This document shows positions 38,191 through 53,681 of a DNA stretch of 64,000 nt, piece by piece. Source of the DNA: Octopus vulgaris (taxonomy: Eukaryota); NCBI GenBank assembly GCA_951406725.2, contig OX597830.1, positions 3,534,001 to 3,598,000 of the forward strand, given 5' to 3'. Made by a program: the position numbers and the translations under genes. The first letter of the stretch is position 1; every line of letters begins with the position of its first letter. The notes below the pieces were generated by a model, which worked only from the letters and a program-made list of their open reading frames with translations, did no database searches and was not told the origin of the DNA.

Positions 38191-40700
38191 TTGTTTTTAT
38201 CATGTATGTGAAGCAGTTGAGTGTGCAATATTCATCTGAATGAAACAATTTTGGTTGCTAGCATCAAAGATTCTGTGAATTAAATCTAACATATTATACC
38301 AGATAACAATAGTCACAGCCAGTTTGATATATTCCACATTGACACCATTAATTCTGAATTTAATCTCCACATAACTTATTTCTAATGTTACTGTCAACAA
38401 TTCGATAATGATTCCTTGTTACTACAAGAAATCATTTCACTAGATTCCCTCTACTCAAAGACGTATATGAAGAAAAATCAATTCAAATTATTATTCTTTC
38501 TCTGTAAGAATTCACTCCTAATTTACTCAGATGAAACCAAAATGACATCAATAATCCTTTTGTAGCTGAATGGAAGATGAAAGAAGCTTGCCAATCCTCA
38601 TAAATTCATGAAATGCTTTGAGTATCTTTCTTTAAGCAATGTCAGATCAAATATATAGATGTCTTGTTTCATTCTTCCATATTTTGGAATTAGAACACAG
38701 AGATCAAACTCATGAAAGTATATCACCTCATTTATCTAATGTTATCAATATTGGAAGCAGTCACAGCAGTATTAACATCAAAAACCAAGCAATACTCAAC
38801 TAGTCGTGTTAGATAGACAATACTCTGGTTTGTTATCCTTATTAAGATTGTCATTTCCTGCTCTGTGAACAGCAGCTCAAACAACAGATTGGCTTTCTTT
38901 CTACATTTTTGTAAGGAAACATACAAGATATTGGCATCTTTTATTCTTGCAATGTTTGTTCTTTGAACATAAATACTTAATGTGATTACCACCACGCCTT
39001 AGGTTTGTGCTAAGCATTCCAAACATGTTGCTATAGAAACTTAAATGTTATTTACCCTTTCTTTCGTTATCTATTTGGAAATATTTATAAGGCTAACCTG
39101 TAGATTCAAGCTTGTAAAGGTGGATTGATCTTTAAATAGAAATATGTGATACACCAGTCCACATTTTCATGTCAATCAGATTCACTTATATTTGCTGTTA
39201 TAGATAACCGTTTATGTCTATGGCTTTTTGTTTATTTTCCTTTTTCCTCCTTTGTCTTCTAAATATTACCAACCAAACACTTTATTCTGTATATTTTCTT
39301 GTACTTGCAAATTTTCTATTTCCATTATCCTTAATTTTTCGGTACAAATATTCGTCACTTAAAACATTCTGCTCTCCTTTATCATTTCCAGCTGAAAATC
39401 TTCCTTGCTACACACATATCCACACAACAATGATTCTCACATTTCATACAGTTTCTACAAGTAATGTAGCTTTGCTTTCTTTTTTCTGCAGTGAATTCTT
39501 TTACACTTTTGTTGATTTCATCCTCTGTACTGTGGCCATGCTGGAGCATCACCTTGAAGAGTTTAGTTGATCATATTGATCCTAAAGCTACTGTCAGTCT
39601 GCAATTTATTTTATCAATCTCCATTTGCTAAACTGCTAATTTACAGGACACAAAAGGCACAGTATAAACACAAACACACATTGCTATATTCTGGCTCTTT
39701 ATGATTTGATCCAAATCTCACTGAAATCAACTTTGTTTTTTTATCTAAAATAAACCCCTGGGGGTGACTAAGCCCCTCCCTTTAAAACTATTTCACTTGT
39801 GCTTAAATTAGAAATAATTATTTCTCTACGACCAGAACAGATATGTAACATATGAGACCAAACTGTAATCATAAGAATTTTAAGAACTTTTAAGAGAACA
39901 GGAAATAATTCTTTTTTTCTTTTAATATTGAATCTCGAAGCACACATAAGGCTGTTATTTGTAGCTTTTTGCATGCTTCAAGATCCATTATTTCAAAAAG
40001 AGGATTATTCCTAATTTTTTTCTTTCACCATAGATACATCTTCCATTCCCAACATCTCTCTACTATAAACCATTATAAGCCACTTGTTTTATTTCCTTTG
40101 ACATTATCTTAACTTCACCATTTTCTACATGATTTTCCCATCATTATATTAACAAGACTCTACTTGTTTTCTTCCAAAATCGATCACAGTTTCCTTCAGC
40201 TTCCCCATTCAAGCTCAAGCACTATTTTAAACTATATAAGCTTCATTATTTACAAATGGCCTTCAAATTATTAACAAACAGAAGATTCGTTTTATGCCGG
40301 CTGACCTTCATTGCACACACACCACACATCCTTTACTCTTTCTATTGTCTTTTTATTCATTTATTTATTTTTTTTTTACTTATGAATGGGGAATCTTTCG
40401 TGTACAGCATTACTTCACCATTCTCAAGTTTGATTTATTCTGTGTTCTTCGTAGTCTCATATTTTTTGATCAGAGTACAACATATTATTACGTCTTTATT
40501 GATTTATTTTCTTCTGCTACTAAAATCTGTTAATTTTAGCCATTTTGTCTTCACTGTACCCTTTGTTTCAACTCATCAATCATTACTGTAAGTTATTTGT
40601 GCTTCCTATAAATATATATCTTTATATATATATACATTAATATATATATATATATATATATATAAATTCTCATATATTCCATCTTCTGTCTTTCATTTGC

Positions 40701-40750
<50 letters not shown>

Positions 40751-40760
40751 CATACATATT

Positions 40761-40805
<45 letters not shown>

Positions 40806-42769
40806 GTATATTTATACATACATATCTATATATTATATATATTATATATTTATATATACAAATCTATATATACATTTTTATTTCACTTTCAAATACTTTG
40901 TAATAAATTAAACTTCCCTTTTCTTTCTCTTTCCAAATATACTTATGATGTGTTTACTCAATATTTGATGTTATCTTCAGCCTTCCCCTTTCACACTGGT
41001 TCAGATATTTCAGTCACTTCTCCCCTCTGTATTCATCATCTTTCTCAGCCACATAAAACTTTGGTGTTATTTATTATTAAGTCATGTGTTTCTTGTTATA
41101 TTGTCACTTCTATTTTAATAAAGTATTCGACTGGCATTGAGTGATTTATTTTATTTTATTTTATTTTTATTTTATTTCACAATTGGTCCAAATGAGTGTT
41201 GTTGCTTATAGGCTTCCATTGGCTCAGCTCACTGCATTTCTCAAAGTAACAATATCAGGGGAGTGCTTTTAAATCAGGGCAGAACAAAATTAGCATGAAG
41301 CTTTATTTGTAAAGCACTCTTTTCATCTTTTCATGGTTGTTGTTGTCAGTGTTCCTATTGTTTGCTGATATACGTCTGTGGAAACACACACACACACACA
41401 CAGATGTTGAGACCACCTATCAGAGGTGGCTAGAAGAGATTTCTCTTTGAGCTGGTGGATATAGATTAAAGTATAAGTGGAAAAGGAAACCATTTGGCAT
41501 CACTTAAAAAAGACATTTAATTTAGACATACATGCACACGCACACACATACAACACACTCATATATATATATATACCAGCTTCATTATCATTTTCCTCAT
41601 TAGTATTTTAATCTCCACTTCTTAATTGTTATATTGGTCAGATGTAATTGGTTGAGGCAGATTTTCATTGGCTAGGTGTTCTTATTCTTGCCAACACTTC
41701 TTTTTTTTCCAAACAAGATAATATTTCCTTTGGATCTTCTGACATGTTTTGCTCTACCCTTTCAAAGAGTTCTGCAGTAAAGAAATCCCTTACTTGAAAA
41801 ACAGGTAGAGGTTGGTGACAGGAAGAGCATCCAGCCATGAAATCCTACCTCAAATAACTCTCCAAACAAACCCACGCAAGCATGGAAAAACGGACATTAA
41901 ATGAAAGAAACTTCTTTTTTCTCTTTCTTCGAAAACATGCATCTGCAACATTGAGTTTCTTTTCTTCCTCACAGCACAAAATTTATTCTATTGTTTGAAC
42001 TATTTTTAATCATAACAGCTATGTCCGTTTCCAGATATGCTTGCTTGACTTTTCTAATTTTTTCGTATGAGCTTACCTTTAAATTCTCCTTATCTAAAAC
42101 TTTTCTCTATTCCCTGTTTCTCAATTTCTTCTTAAATCAATTCATCTGCATGTTTTGCATTATTTCATCCATTATAATGTTTATTACACTTCTCTTTTAC
42201 TTTAAACTAGTTTTCAGATGATTTTTCTGAAGTTTTATTTTGCCTTTAACTTATTTTGAGGTGAAAATTTTCAACTGGGTATGATTGCAGCTATATTTAT
42301 GAAGTTAAAATGTTCCGTTCGTATCCACAAGGATTTATGTTCAATTTCAATGCTATCATATCTTCCATCATGGACTCATGTTGATCAAAACATCATATGA
42401 TGTCTGTCTGCTCCCTCTGCCCTACCCCTAACATATACTGCCCTCTATTCTCTCAGCCTTAGATATACAAGGGATTTGATAAACTAGTCTATAAATTAAA
42501 ACTGACCCCATAAAACAAAACATCAGTGACAGGCAAAGTCTGAAGCAATGTATATCTTCTTGAAAATCCAGTAACTTCTAAACTGGAGTAAGACAGCATG
42601 TTCTTTGTCTATCTCATTAACTTCTTGGAGATTTTAGGTATAATTAATTTCATGCATGCACATTGTTTGTTTTTGATTTTGTCAACTACACAGTATATTA
42701 GGGACATTTGGACACCATTAGTGAGAAGACAGCACCATGACACAATTCACTCAGACATTTCAATTACTG

Positions 42770-43392
42770 GATGTTTGATAAAAATCAGACGTTTAGTCAA
42801 TATCATAGTGTTTGGAGGGATCACTAGTGATGGCAATGTTATGCTTCCATTCATCTTCCCACATGGCCTCTCACTCAACACAGGTGTACATCAAATGCTT
42901 GGAGGAGGTAGTGCTGCCCTGGGTCAAGAGGGTGGTTAATGGAAGATAATATGTCTGGCAACAGGACTCTGGACCATGCTACACAAGTAGGAGAACCCAG
43001 TCATGGCTGTCAGACAATTTTTGTGACAACATCACCCCTAACATCTGGCAACCTAACTCCCCACACTGCAACCCTCTTCATTATTAAGTGTGGGGTGCAG
43101 TTGAGTGAGAAACCATCTAAACTCCTTGTAACATCAAAGAGGAACTGAAGGCAAAGATTATGACAGCATTCACCAACTTAAATAAGGAGACCATCCAGAA
43201 GAGTTGCAGGAGATTCTGAAGTTGTCTGGAGGCCATGGTTGAAGCCAATGGCGATTTTACTGAAAAAATTTACTTTTCAGTATTTCAAGAACTTTTGTGT
43301 AGTTTTGGTGAATATATCTGTTAAAATGAAATGTCAATGTTATTTTCATTTTTGTGTAATTTAGATGACAATTTATTCACCACACCATGTAT
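42770..43392 (+). mobile_element. DD37D (maT-type) Tc1/mariner transposon relic
   Basis: IVFGGITSDG..PFIFPHG and WQQDSGPCYTSRRTQSWLSDNFCDNITPNIWQPNSPHCNPLH. There are 37 residues between the second D and the mutated third position. The right end is caccatg-ta. Confidence 0.8.
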
Positions 43393-43477
43393 ATATATAT
43401 ATATACATACATAAACACACACACAAACACACACACACATATATATATATATGTGTGTGTGTGTGCGTGCATATATT

Positions 43478-43519
<42 letters not shown>

Positions 43520-44247
43520 CACATACACACACACACACACACATATATATATATGACTTTTAATATTTGATATTTTATATTTTTGATCCTGGATAGATGA
43601 AAAGCATCTTTAGCCTTGGTGGAATTTGAACTCAAACTGCTAAAACCCATAACACTATATCACGTCATTTTTTCTATCACTCTGAAGAATCTTACCAATC
43701 CATTGCCTTAATTCAGTGCAAGAACAATTAACTCACTCTTTGATTCTTCCATTACCCATTTTTCTCTTCATTACCTCAATAATTTGTCACAGAAATTTGG
43801 TGTAGAGGCAGTTGATTGTATTGACTTTCTTTTATCAAACCTAGGAAGATGAAAAGGTGCGTTGACCTGGGAAAGATTTGAACTCAAAACGTTAAAGAGC
43901 AGAGCAAATATTACAAGGTATTTTGTTCAGTTCTCCATCAGACGTTTTTCATACGGCCTCATAGCTCTAAAATGAGTTGGTACATTCTGTTAATATAGTT
44001 TTATGAGATTAATTTATTTCCTTGTTTATAGCAAGCTTTGAAAATTCCTTGCAAGCTTTGATGAAATTGCTGTTTTTATTGTTTGCATCAACTCAAACAA
44101 ATATTATTTGATATCTTTGACATCTGATGCTTTGCTACATTCATCACTAGATTTACATGTTGTACTTACATTTTCCAGATCCTTCTTCCTTTTTTCCCCT
44201 TTCTTTCCCAAAATAGTAGAGAGGGGGAGAGAGAAAGAGAGAGAGCG

Positions 44248-44278
<31 letters not shown>

Positions 44279-45359
44279 ATAGGCTTTGACTGCTTCTTCT
44301 TGAGCACTGAATAACTGCATAAAATCCTCATTATTGGCTCACTAGATCTACAGTGATATTGTATAGCCCCAGGTTGGCTCAAATAGAGTAAATTTCTGTG
44401 TAATCAAGAAACCTCTCTACTGTGATAATCCCATCTTCTTTCTATTGACCCAAGTTCATCATTACTTGATATTTCCTTCTATTTTTCTGATAAACTATAA
44501 TGGGATAATGTGAAAAGAGATTTGGCTGCTATTTATAGCAGGTCAAACAACAATGTAAAAGCTCAACCACAAAAATCACATAATTGTTGACTGAAGGAGT
44601 TTTTACATGTAAATGTTGTTGTACCATTTACTCGATTAATCAAAAACATTTTGTTGGCCATTTTTCAATTTTTCCAGCCAAGATATTTCAGATGGCAGAA
44701 CCACCAATATTTTTCTCAAATAAAACTAATTGTTTTCACTTTAACAGTCTTATCCATCATGTCCGTTGTCTACAGTGGATAATATGATTTTGTAAAAGTC
44801 AAGAGTTCAATCTTTAACTAAAATGGCCTGGACTCTTACAAATGAAATTACAATAAAAATAAGAAACAATAAAGATGATTTGACCAAATTGTCCCATCAA
44901 TGTCTGCTAGTTTGATAAGTAACTCATCTCTGGAGTACAGCAGTTTGACATATATCAAAGGAAAAGAAAAAAACACTGTTTCTTAATCAAAAAATCACAA
45001 TGTAATTTTTTCTACCATTTTGTTTATCTTCAGCATCACCTTTTATTTACTCCTCTGTCACTATCTTCATTACTGCTACTCCATCATCATTGCCGTTGTC
45101 ATCATCCTCCTCTTCATTCTTACTGCCTCTATCCCATATATGTAATGCCATTTTAGTTGTATCCAACGATGACGATAACAGAAATGATGCTGGTGATGAT
45201 GTCACTGATTGCAGAATTCTTTAATGGTAATCTTTATAATGGAATTACATAAAACCAGGCTACTGTTACTCAGTCTGTTTCAAGTTTTCTTTCTCTAATT
45301 ACGACATTTGCTTCAATATTTCACGCAAATGATCATGTACCACTTTTCTCTCTACACTA

Positions 45360-45361
45360 CT

Positions 45362-45430
<69 letters not shown>
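45360..45430. repeat. (CAT)n microsatellite
   Basis: Directly visible. Confidence 0.95.
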
Positions 45431-47759
45431 GTGCCTACTCCCCCATACTTACTTGGGTTAGAGAATATATTACATAAACATCATCATTAGCTATTTTCTT
45501 AGCCTCTAAAACTAGTTTAAAGTAAACATTCTTCAGTTTTTCCTTAACCCAGTCTTTATTTTTTATTTCAGCTCCTTCTTGGAAACAAAATATTCTGTTT
45601 TTAATTCCCAAACTGCTTATCAAATTTCTGTCAGGTCACACACACACCCCCGCCACTTCTTTCCCAACATATTAAGAAAAGTTTATAACAAATAAATTAA
45701 CAATGTATAAATAAATAAATCGTAATTAAAGACATATCATTTCATATTGATCTGATATTTATATGTCAGCTTCAGTATTTGAATTATGTAAGATCTCTTA
45801 ACCGAAGACAATCTATCTAATCAGCTCATTTATAGGATTTCAGTCAGAGTTTATCACGAATCAGGTGAAATTCAACAATGGCTGCACAAAGCTTCTAAAT
45901 TTGTTGAAATCAGAATTATATTCGTGCAACTATTTTGAAAATATCAGTCTTAAACACAATTATATCAATATAGTTATTTTTTCCATCAACCCAGATATTT
46001 CTGAATATTTCTCTTAACAGATCTTAATCCAAACACCTGAACTGCTATAAAATCTGTATGAAAGGCACAGGTGTGTGATTAGAAGCCTGTTCTGCAAATG
46101 AGTGATTAATGCTGTGTAGCCCCTGGGTCAAGTGCTTTCTACTGCACCACTAAGTTGACCAATGCTTTGTGTATTAAATTTGCTAAGTGGCAATGGAAAC
46201 TGTGTGGAAGCCTATCCAATATATATGATGGACTCTCGATAACTGGATGAACTGGCTGAGTCTTATCTAATCCACGAACATGTGAACCCTTTACGCAATT
46301 ATCAAGTAGAAGCAAAGTGACTAAGTTAGATTCAGCCATGTGATGGGTCTTTGAAGTCTACTTCAACTGAAATTCATTAGAATGGGTTACATTGACTTGG
46401 AACCACAATACATGCATTTGCCCAAGGTGTGTGTGGGCAAATGTCTTCTTCCATTATTCCAGGTCAACCAAATTCTTGAGTGGATTTGGCAGATGGGAAT
46501 TGAATGAAGCCATCATATAAATGTATGTATGTGTTTATGTGTGTGTGTGTGTGTGGATGGAGGGGGTGGTTTCCTTGTCTTGACATTATGAAATGATTGT
46601 GAATAAGCATTGTTCATCTACAATCTTCTGTGATAAACATGTCTGGCCATGGAAAAAAACATTACCTTGCTTTGTAACAGGTGAGAATCAGTGACAGAAA
46701 GAGCATCCTACCATAGAAAATCTGCTTTAATTAATCCCATAGAAAACTGAACAGTAAAATGATGTCAATGATGATGATGATGGTGATGTGTGTGTGTGTA
46801 TGCATACACATTGCAATTTAAATTTTAAATAGCATGATAGGTGACTGGAATTTAGAGATTTATGTGTTTGTGTATGTTTGAAGGGAAACTGTGAGAAGGA
46901 TTATATTACAGTGTTTTCGTTTGACTGAAATCCACAGCTGGTGTGTCTATACAGAAAACAAAACAAGACCAGAAGAGTATGATTTTAGTATATTTAGTTA
47001 CATGCATTTCATTAAGAAAACCTGATTATTAGTTACATGATGTAAAATATATAGTCAAACTGCATTGTCAAATCTTCAGAGATTGAAACATACTCAAGTT
47101 TTCTGAATTAGTGACAGTGTTGCCATTAATACAACTGAATTAGTGAACTAGTAAACTGGGAATTAACAGAGGCAATCATCAATGAATGGTTACAGATAAG
47201 TTTTTTCTGAAGAGAGAGCTAATGGAACAGAATTAAAAAGATATAGCAATAAATAAGCAAAAGAAAACTACAGATTAAAGAAGGAGCTAATCAATAGATT
47301 AGATAAGATAATTAGAAAAGGTATCATGGCCGATGTGTCAGTGGTAAAATGACATTGGGCCACTTCTTCAATGCAAAGTATGAAAGGTGCTTTATCAGAG
47401 TGTGTACTCTTACAAAGGAAGGCTTGAAAGCTTTTTGATGGCCCCATGTGACAGAGATGAGATAACAAATCTACAGTTAGATTTTTCTCAGACCATGATG
47501 GTTATTATGGGCTTTTCAATTCTAGATACATGTGTGAGCTTTTCAAGCAGCTCCACTATTTGATATTAGTAGTGGACTTTAATAGCTATATTGATGAACT
47601 GTGGATGATCTAGGAAGAAAAGAGCTTTGTGAAGAACTGATAATGACAGCTGAGATATAATGGAGGGGGTGGAGTTGTGCAAAGAACAAAATTGCCTGTT
47701 TCGACGGTGGTTTCCTGGAGGCTTTGTGGGTGCAAAATAGATTTCTTCACTCAGCTAAT

Positions 47760-48700
47760 GGCACACATCTATCTCAAAAGGAAACATTCCCAGCAGTAGC
47801 ATCCAGGATATATCTTGTGTTGTTATGGCTTTCCGTGATTGTTTAGTGACTGTTTTTTTGTGGTGGTTCCTTTCCTGCCCATCCCCAAGAATTCATCAAC
47901 TTCTCTTGCAACTTGGTGTTGCATTGATTTCTATGATATTTTCTCCAAGTTTTTGATAAAATTGTTTTGAGTTGGAGTCCAACTGTTTGTTCTATTTAAA
48001 GAATTGCTATCGACTTTTAGACCAATGGATTCTTTACATTCAACTAGTTTCTCTTGTTTTAAGCTTTTTTGATTTTTGGGTATATTTTTGATTTTGCTAT
48101 TTTGTGTTTCCCTAGTATTTGTCTTTGATTTCATATTGATTGAGGTATCTTTTCTTATATTTTTTGTATATTGTTTGGGTTTTGTTTTTCCTCTGAGTTG
48201 AGCTGAATGAGTACCAACCTTTTTTCATAACTACAGCAGCCTTTACATGAATTATTTTTATTAAAATGGTTATATTTATGTTTGTAAAGGTTTCATTAAG
48301 TCTGTAATAGTCAGGTTTCTATTGTTTATTGTAGTTATTTTACTAAGTTTTATCTTTGGGATGTACTTTCTCTCTTCCATAGGAAGAATTTCTACTACTT
48401 TAAGTCTTTAATTATTTCATCCTTTAAATTGTCATTTTCAGGATTCCTACTTTTATCATTTCCTATTATTAAATCTTGCACATATTCTCATTTTTTAATA
48501 TATTTTTTTATTCATGTTCAAGTTACCTTTTTATTGGTCAATATTCTGCATGCGTTGACTTTGTTGTTTTGTCATTTATTTTGCCTGTGTTAACTCTATT
48601 TCCAGGATTTAAATTCTTAATGCTTTTAATTTTTATTGTTTGCTTTGTAGTTTTCATCACTGATTGTTTCATTAAAGTGTTCTATTTTAATTTCTAATAT
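47760..48700 (-). mobile_element. Degenerate R4/Dong-type LINE N-terminal fragment
   Basis: Remnants PMEERKYIPKIK, AAVV and EVDEF.G, similar in style to the 62800-63500 part of the long copy. Confidence 0.4.
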
Positions 48701-49324
48701 TATTTTGAACTTGGAACATGTATCGTAAGCTAGTTAGTCTTGTGGTGTCCTAAGTTACATGACGATCAAACTATATTCTCTCCAAATGTTATTCAAAGGC
48801 TTTGTCCTAGTCTTGTTTCTTTTATTTGGCAGAGGGTGTGGAGAGACTATCGCAGAAGACTATGGATTCATGCCCAGTAATGCTTGTTATGTATTATCTA
48901 TGAGATTTGAAAAGAGTCTTGTGCCCTTTCTTTGGATTGTCATCATTCTATCATTTTTGGAATACTGGTTTATCTTTCTGGAAAAATCAAATTTTCAGTG
49001 CCATGTTTCCCTTATTTTTTATGATTAGATTCAAAATACACATTTCCCTATTAACTTTGGGTTGACTGATTCTGTTTTCATAAGAACTGTTTACCAATTT
49101 CTGTGTGATGGAGTTGAAATCATTCTAGGGTTTGATATCAACCATGCAGTAACATATGATACCAAATTGCTGACTAAATATTTGCATTTTTTTCTATTTT
49201 TTCTATTTTCAATAAATTTTACTAGAATTACTTTGCCATCTTTCAACATTTTCATGTATTTTGTGCTTATTTACTGTTTTTATTTTGCTGGTTTTTTTTT
49301 TTTTTTTTTTTTGTGAGTCAAAAA

Positions 49325-49755
49325 TAATGACTTGACAGAATGGTCAGAACATCAGGCTAAAGGTCCTTTGGTATTTGTTTGGGTCCTGAGTTCAAATTCA
49401 ATTTAGGTCAATTTTATCTTTCATCCTACTGGAGATCAATAAAATAAACTACCAGTCAAATACCGAAATTAATATTCTGGACTAACCCCTTCCCTCAAAA
49501 CTTTTGACCATGTGCCTTAATCAGAAGCCTTTGTTAAGGGAGTGAGCTGGCAGAATTGTTACAATAGCAGACAAAATGCTTTGTGGCATTTTCTCAGGTT
49601 TTATTTCCTGAGTTGAAATTCCACTGAGATCAACTTTGCTTTTCTTCCTTTCAGTGTTGATAAAATAAGAACCAACTAAGCCCTGGGGTCATTGTAATTG
49701 ACTGACCCTACCACTCCACTAAAATTTCTGGCCTTGAGCCTGTAGTAGAAAGAAT
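49325..49755 (+). mobile_element. Tandem pair of Meta-type SINEs
   Basis: Two successive head+core units; the second ends in an (ATT)n tail. Confidence 0.75.
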
Positions 49756-50899
49756 TATTATTATTATTATTATTGGTGACTTTGGCTTGTAACAGATTTA
49801 ACTGTATTATCTTTTACAGATAAATATTTTGCATTAACAGTAAATTCTAATTACAGCTAGAGGAGTATTCTTGTATTCTGTGAGTGATGATTTTTGACAG
49901 AGAATGTCACTTTGTGATTGACAGAGCATTGGAAACACTTCTGTTAAGCAGAATATTCAGGAAACTGGCTGTAGATCCAACGATCTTGCAATTCACATAA
50001 ATTAAAACAAAAGCAGAATGCCTACTTAAAACAACTAAAAGGTTACTTCCTTTCCACACAATGGATATGATTTTCCATGTGAATAATTATGTTGGTTAAT
50101 TACAGCTTTTCTCCTTCTACACTGCACACTTAGAAGGCTTAAAGACTGTACCATCCTCTTGTTGAATTGATAATTTATTTTCTGTTCATAGCTTAGCAAT
50201 CTTAAGTGATATTAGGAATGTGTATTTCTCTCTATTCAAATACGAGAAGAAAGAGAAGAAAGGAGACTGTAGCTTACTAGTAAAGCAAAAGACACTTATT
50301 CCTATTGTTAAGTCTACAAGCCTTCAATCTGACAATGTTTATTGCTTTTCTTTCCGATACTTTGAACTTGAAGTTTTGGTATACAGCTGCTATTTTCAAT
50401 GGACTCTTAGTGTGAACTTCATATAGACGACTTGCTTTCGTAAATCATAGAGGAAATCAAATTGTTGTGTTTAAATGGATAGGGAATATCAGCTTAATTA
50501 TACATATAAAGAAAAGAAAAGTAAAACAAAATTCAGTGTCACCTTGTGAAGAGCAACTTGTTTAAAAAGTAAATTTCTATACAAATGTTTATATGAAGTG
50601 TTGCACAACAGACTTAAAAGCGGAATGAAACAAAAATCAAAAGTTCACACTCTTTATATTATGATATTTTGGCTTTAAAATTCTTTATCAAGAGAAAAAG
50701 GACACCGTGCTTATCGCTTATATGAGGAATCTGTGACTTGCACAGATTCATTGCTATATTAGTCAGTCTTAAATCCCTAAACACGTCTATAATGTTAGTG
50801 AATATTGTGGATACATTGTTGCTGTAGGAAGCAGATTCCCATTACAGAATGATGGCTGAGAAGGTGCTAGTTGTATGTACATGATTCCTCCCTCAAAAT

Positions 50900-52000
50900 T
50901 GCTGAGTCAATTACAACAGTAACTAAAGTGTGAAATCTTTAAAAACCAAGTGTTGGCAACTGCTGGGATTATTAACATCATTTTAGAGTTTATTATCATT
51001 CTGCAGTCTGGTTAAGGATGCTGGAGAGCCACTATGAATTAGTAAACTTTTGGAACTGCTTGGTTTTGGCAGTTCTAACTCTTGATTCCTTATATCTGTT
51101 ATTTATATGGGAGATTTTGTTCTGTATAGGGTAGCCTTCATATTAATTGGCATGATCAATTCCTTAATATATAAACAGACCCTTGCAAACAGAGATCCTA
51201 TGTAAGTTCATATTTACAGAAAGATATCAGGTATTGTCGTGATGTTCCATTTCAAAGTCTGTCTACTTGACCATCATGTGATACAATAGAATTTTTTTAT
51301 CTCCTCACAAGAATCGATCCTGATGACCCTGTTGTAGGGTAAGTGCTCTGGGCTCTAGCTGGCTCATGAGTGTGATGATGGACAAACCTGAGAAAGTTAA
51401 CTAATTGATTAGTCTTGGTGTCACTCTGTATGTGTAGTCACCATTATGGAAATTGGTGTTGTTCAAAATAATGGTCAAGGCATTGTAGATGCTTGAAGAT
51501 GTAGGGTCAAAGTAGAAGAGTCTAGATGAAATTAAATGGTTGGTATAGAAGTGAAGAGGAAAACTCCTCTCTCTGCTTCCTGCATCTAAAAATCATATGA
51601 AAGTTTGATGGCAGTCAATGAGTTATTTCTAGACAAGTGCACTACTGTGGGCAGCATTAACAAGGCAACTGAAAACTCTGCGACTATGAACATCATTTCT
51701 ATTCAGAGTTGTAGGTTTCCTGAGTGAACACCATCTCAATCATGTTGCCTTCACTTTAGGGCCATGCCCATCCATAATGCTGTGATGGGTGCTCACAAAG
51801 TTTACAGTAGATTGGCAAGTTTGTAGTGCCTAAATTCCTAAATGTTTCACACTTCAGGCACCACTGCAATGAGATGTTTCTCTTTGGTGTATACAAAGAA
51901 CAGTATTTAGTTACCAGCTGCTTGGGACTAATCTGGCACTCTTGTTGTTTGCCAGTGGCATCTCTTATTGTCCGGGGTAGATGGGTATCAATAGGAGTGT
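50900..52000 (-). mobile_element. Highly degenerate LINE (APE region) relic
   Basis: Weak remnants only (atttccataatggtgac, resembling ISI.GD; GSS); many stops. Confidence 0.3.
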
Positions 52001-52292
52001 CACTATGGGACTAGATTTCATTAAAAATTTAATCCTACCATTAGCAACAGACAAGAGTTGTGGTACTTAATTGTCTAATATTAAAATTTGTACATGTCAT
52101 ACTATCCAATCCTTACATATCTGAGTAGATCAGATTCAGGTTCCATTTTCTTTTGATAAGGGCTTCTTAAAGCTGAAATGTAAGGAAAAAAATCTACCTT
52201 CTTTTTGTCATGTCTTTGTTTTCATTCTTTTGTTTCCAACTGACATTTTAATGGCTTTCTAAAACACTTTAAACTAAATTATAATTATTTTG

Positions 52293-52328
<36 letters not shown>

Positions 52329-52739
52329 TTTTTAACTTTGGTTTGGAATTTTCCTAGCAATAGGAAATGTTTTAGCTCTATGTAATTATTCTTCAATTAT
52401 TTTTGCACACAGTTACTATCCACACACACAACCTTAATCCATACAAGATATTCTTTGCAAAAGCAAAAAAACGAACATTCTCCAAATGGAACATAACTGT
52501 CTCTTGTAGCACCTCCAAAGGATTTTTCTCACTGAGTGGAGCATAAATTCTGATGCTTTGGTGGTGTTGCATAAGATCAGGGTGTGAGTACCAAACACAA
52601 GGGATATATGAAGGCTGAAATGAAATGTAGGGGACATTAACCCTACTCTATTTGTAATGATAGTGTGTGTGAACAAGAGAGAGAGTTAGCTCTAAGGAGC
52701 TGAGAGATAAACTCGGAGTTAAACAAATTGCATGTAAAT

Positions 52740-53215
52740 GTAAAGTTGCTTTTTCAAGTCATTCCAACTCATAACGGCTGGTTTACCTGCTTCCATGGCA
52801 TATGAATCCCTTCCCCAAAGCAGGAGGCCAGTTATTTTCTGCTCTAGGTACAAAGCCCGAAATTTTGGGGGAGGGGGCCAGTTGATTAGATCAACCCCAG
52901 TACACAACTAGTACTTAATTTAGTGACCCTGAAAAGATGAAAGGCAAAGTCAACCTCGACGGAATTTGAACTCAGAATGTAAAGACAGACGAAATACCTC
53001 TAAGCATTTTGTCCGGCATGCTACCATTTCTTCCAGCTTAGGCAGGAGGCCAGTTCCTTACAGGATTACTCATTCTGGCCTGTTGAGTCAGCTGGAGCAA
53101 CATGAAATGAAGTGTTTTGCTCAAGAACACACATGCAGCACCCGATCCAGGAACTGAAACCGAAATCTTATGACCATGAGTCCAACACCCTAACCACTAA
53201 GCCATGTGCCTCCAC
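52740..53215 (-). mobile_element. V-domain-like tRNA SINE interrupted by a Meta-type SINE (52834-53041)
   Basis: Head gtggaggcacatggcttagtggttagg and tgttcttgagcaaaacactt on the minus strand. The nested SINE has a 14-bp TSD, gcaggaggccagtt (52820-52833 / 53042-53055). Confidence 0.75.
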
Positions 53216-53454
53216 ACTCGATGGAAAAGGCAAGAGAGAAACTGTGCCAGCACAAACACATGGAGGCCACATGGAGGGTTGCCAGTGGGTGAAGATGTGC
53301 AAAGTGGTTTATGTAGGAAGAACTTGTGGAAGAGGGAGACGAGAGATGAGATGAGGAGAAGTGGATGAGGCTAATCTCAAGAATGGGAAGACAAATACAA
53401 TAACATATAGAAAGACTCTGTACCGAAGAAAACATGTTCCTTCAATGCCATACC

Positions 53455-53681
53455 TATTTCTTTACTACCCACAAGGGGCTAAACACAGAGGAAACAAACA
53501 AGGACAGACAGACGGATTAAGTCAATTACATCGACTCCAGTGCATAACTGGTACTTATCGACCCCGAAAGGATGAAAGACAAAGTCGACCGTGGCGGAAT
53601 TTGAACTCAGAACGTAATGGCAGACGAAATACCACTTAGCATTTCGCCCGGTAGCTGACGTTTTTGCCAGCTCACCGTCCT
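53455..53681 (-). mobile_element. Young Meta-type SINE with perfect 15-bp TSD
   Basis: TSD cttcaatgccatacc at 53440-53454 and 53682-53696; CpGs are retained. Confidence 0.9.

Noticed and set aside
38258-38335. miR-2-like hairpin (catcaaagattctgtga ... tcacagccagtttgat)
   Set aside because: The seed differs (gtcacag vs atcacag), there are four central mismatches and a ~34-nt loop, so it is likely chance. Small-RNA data would settle it.
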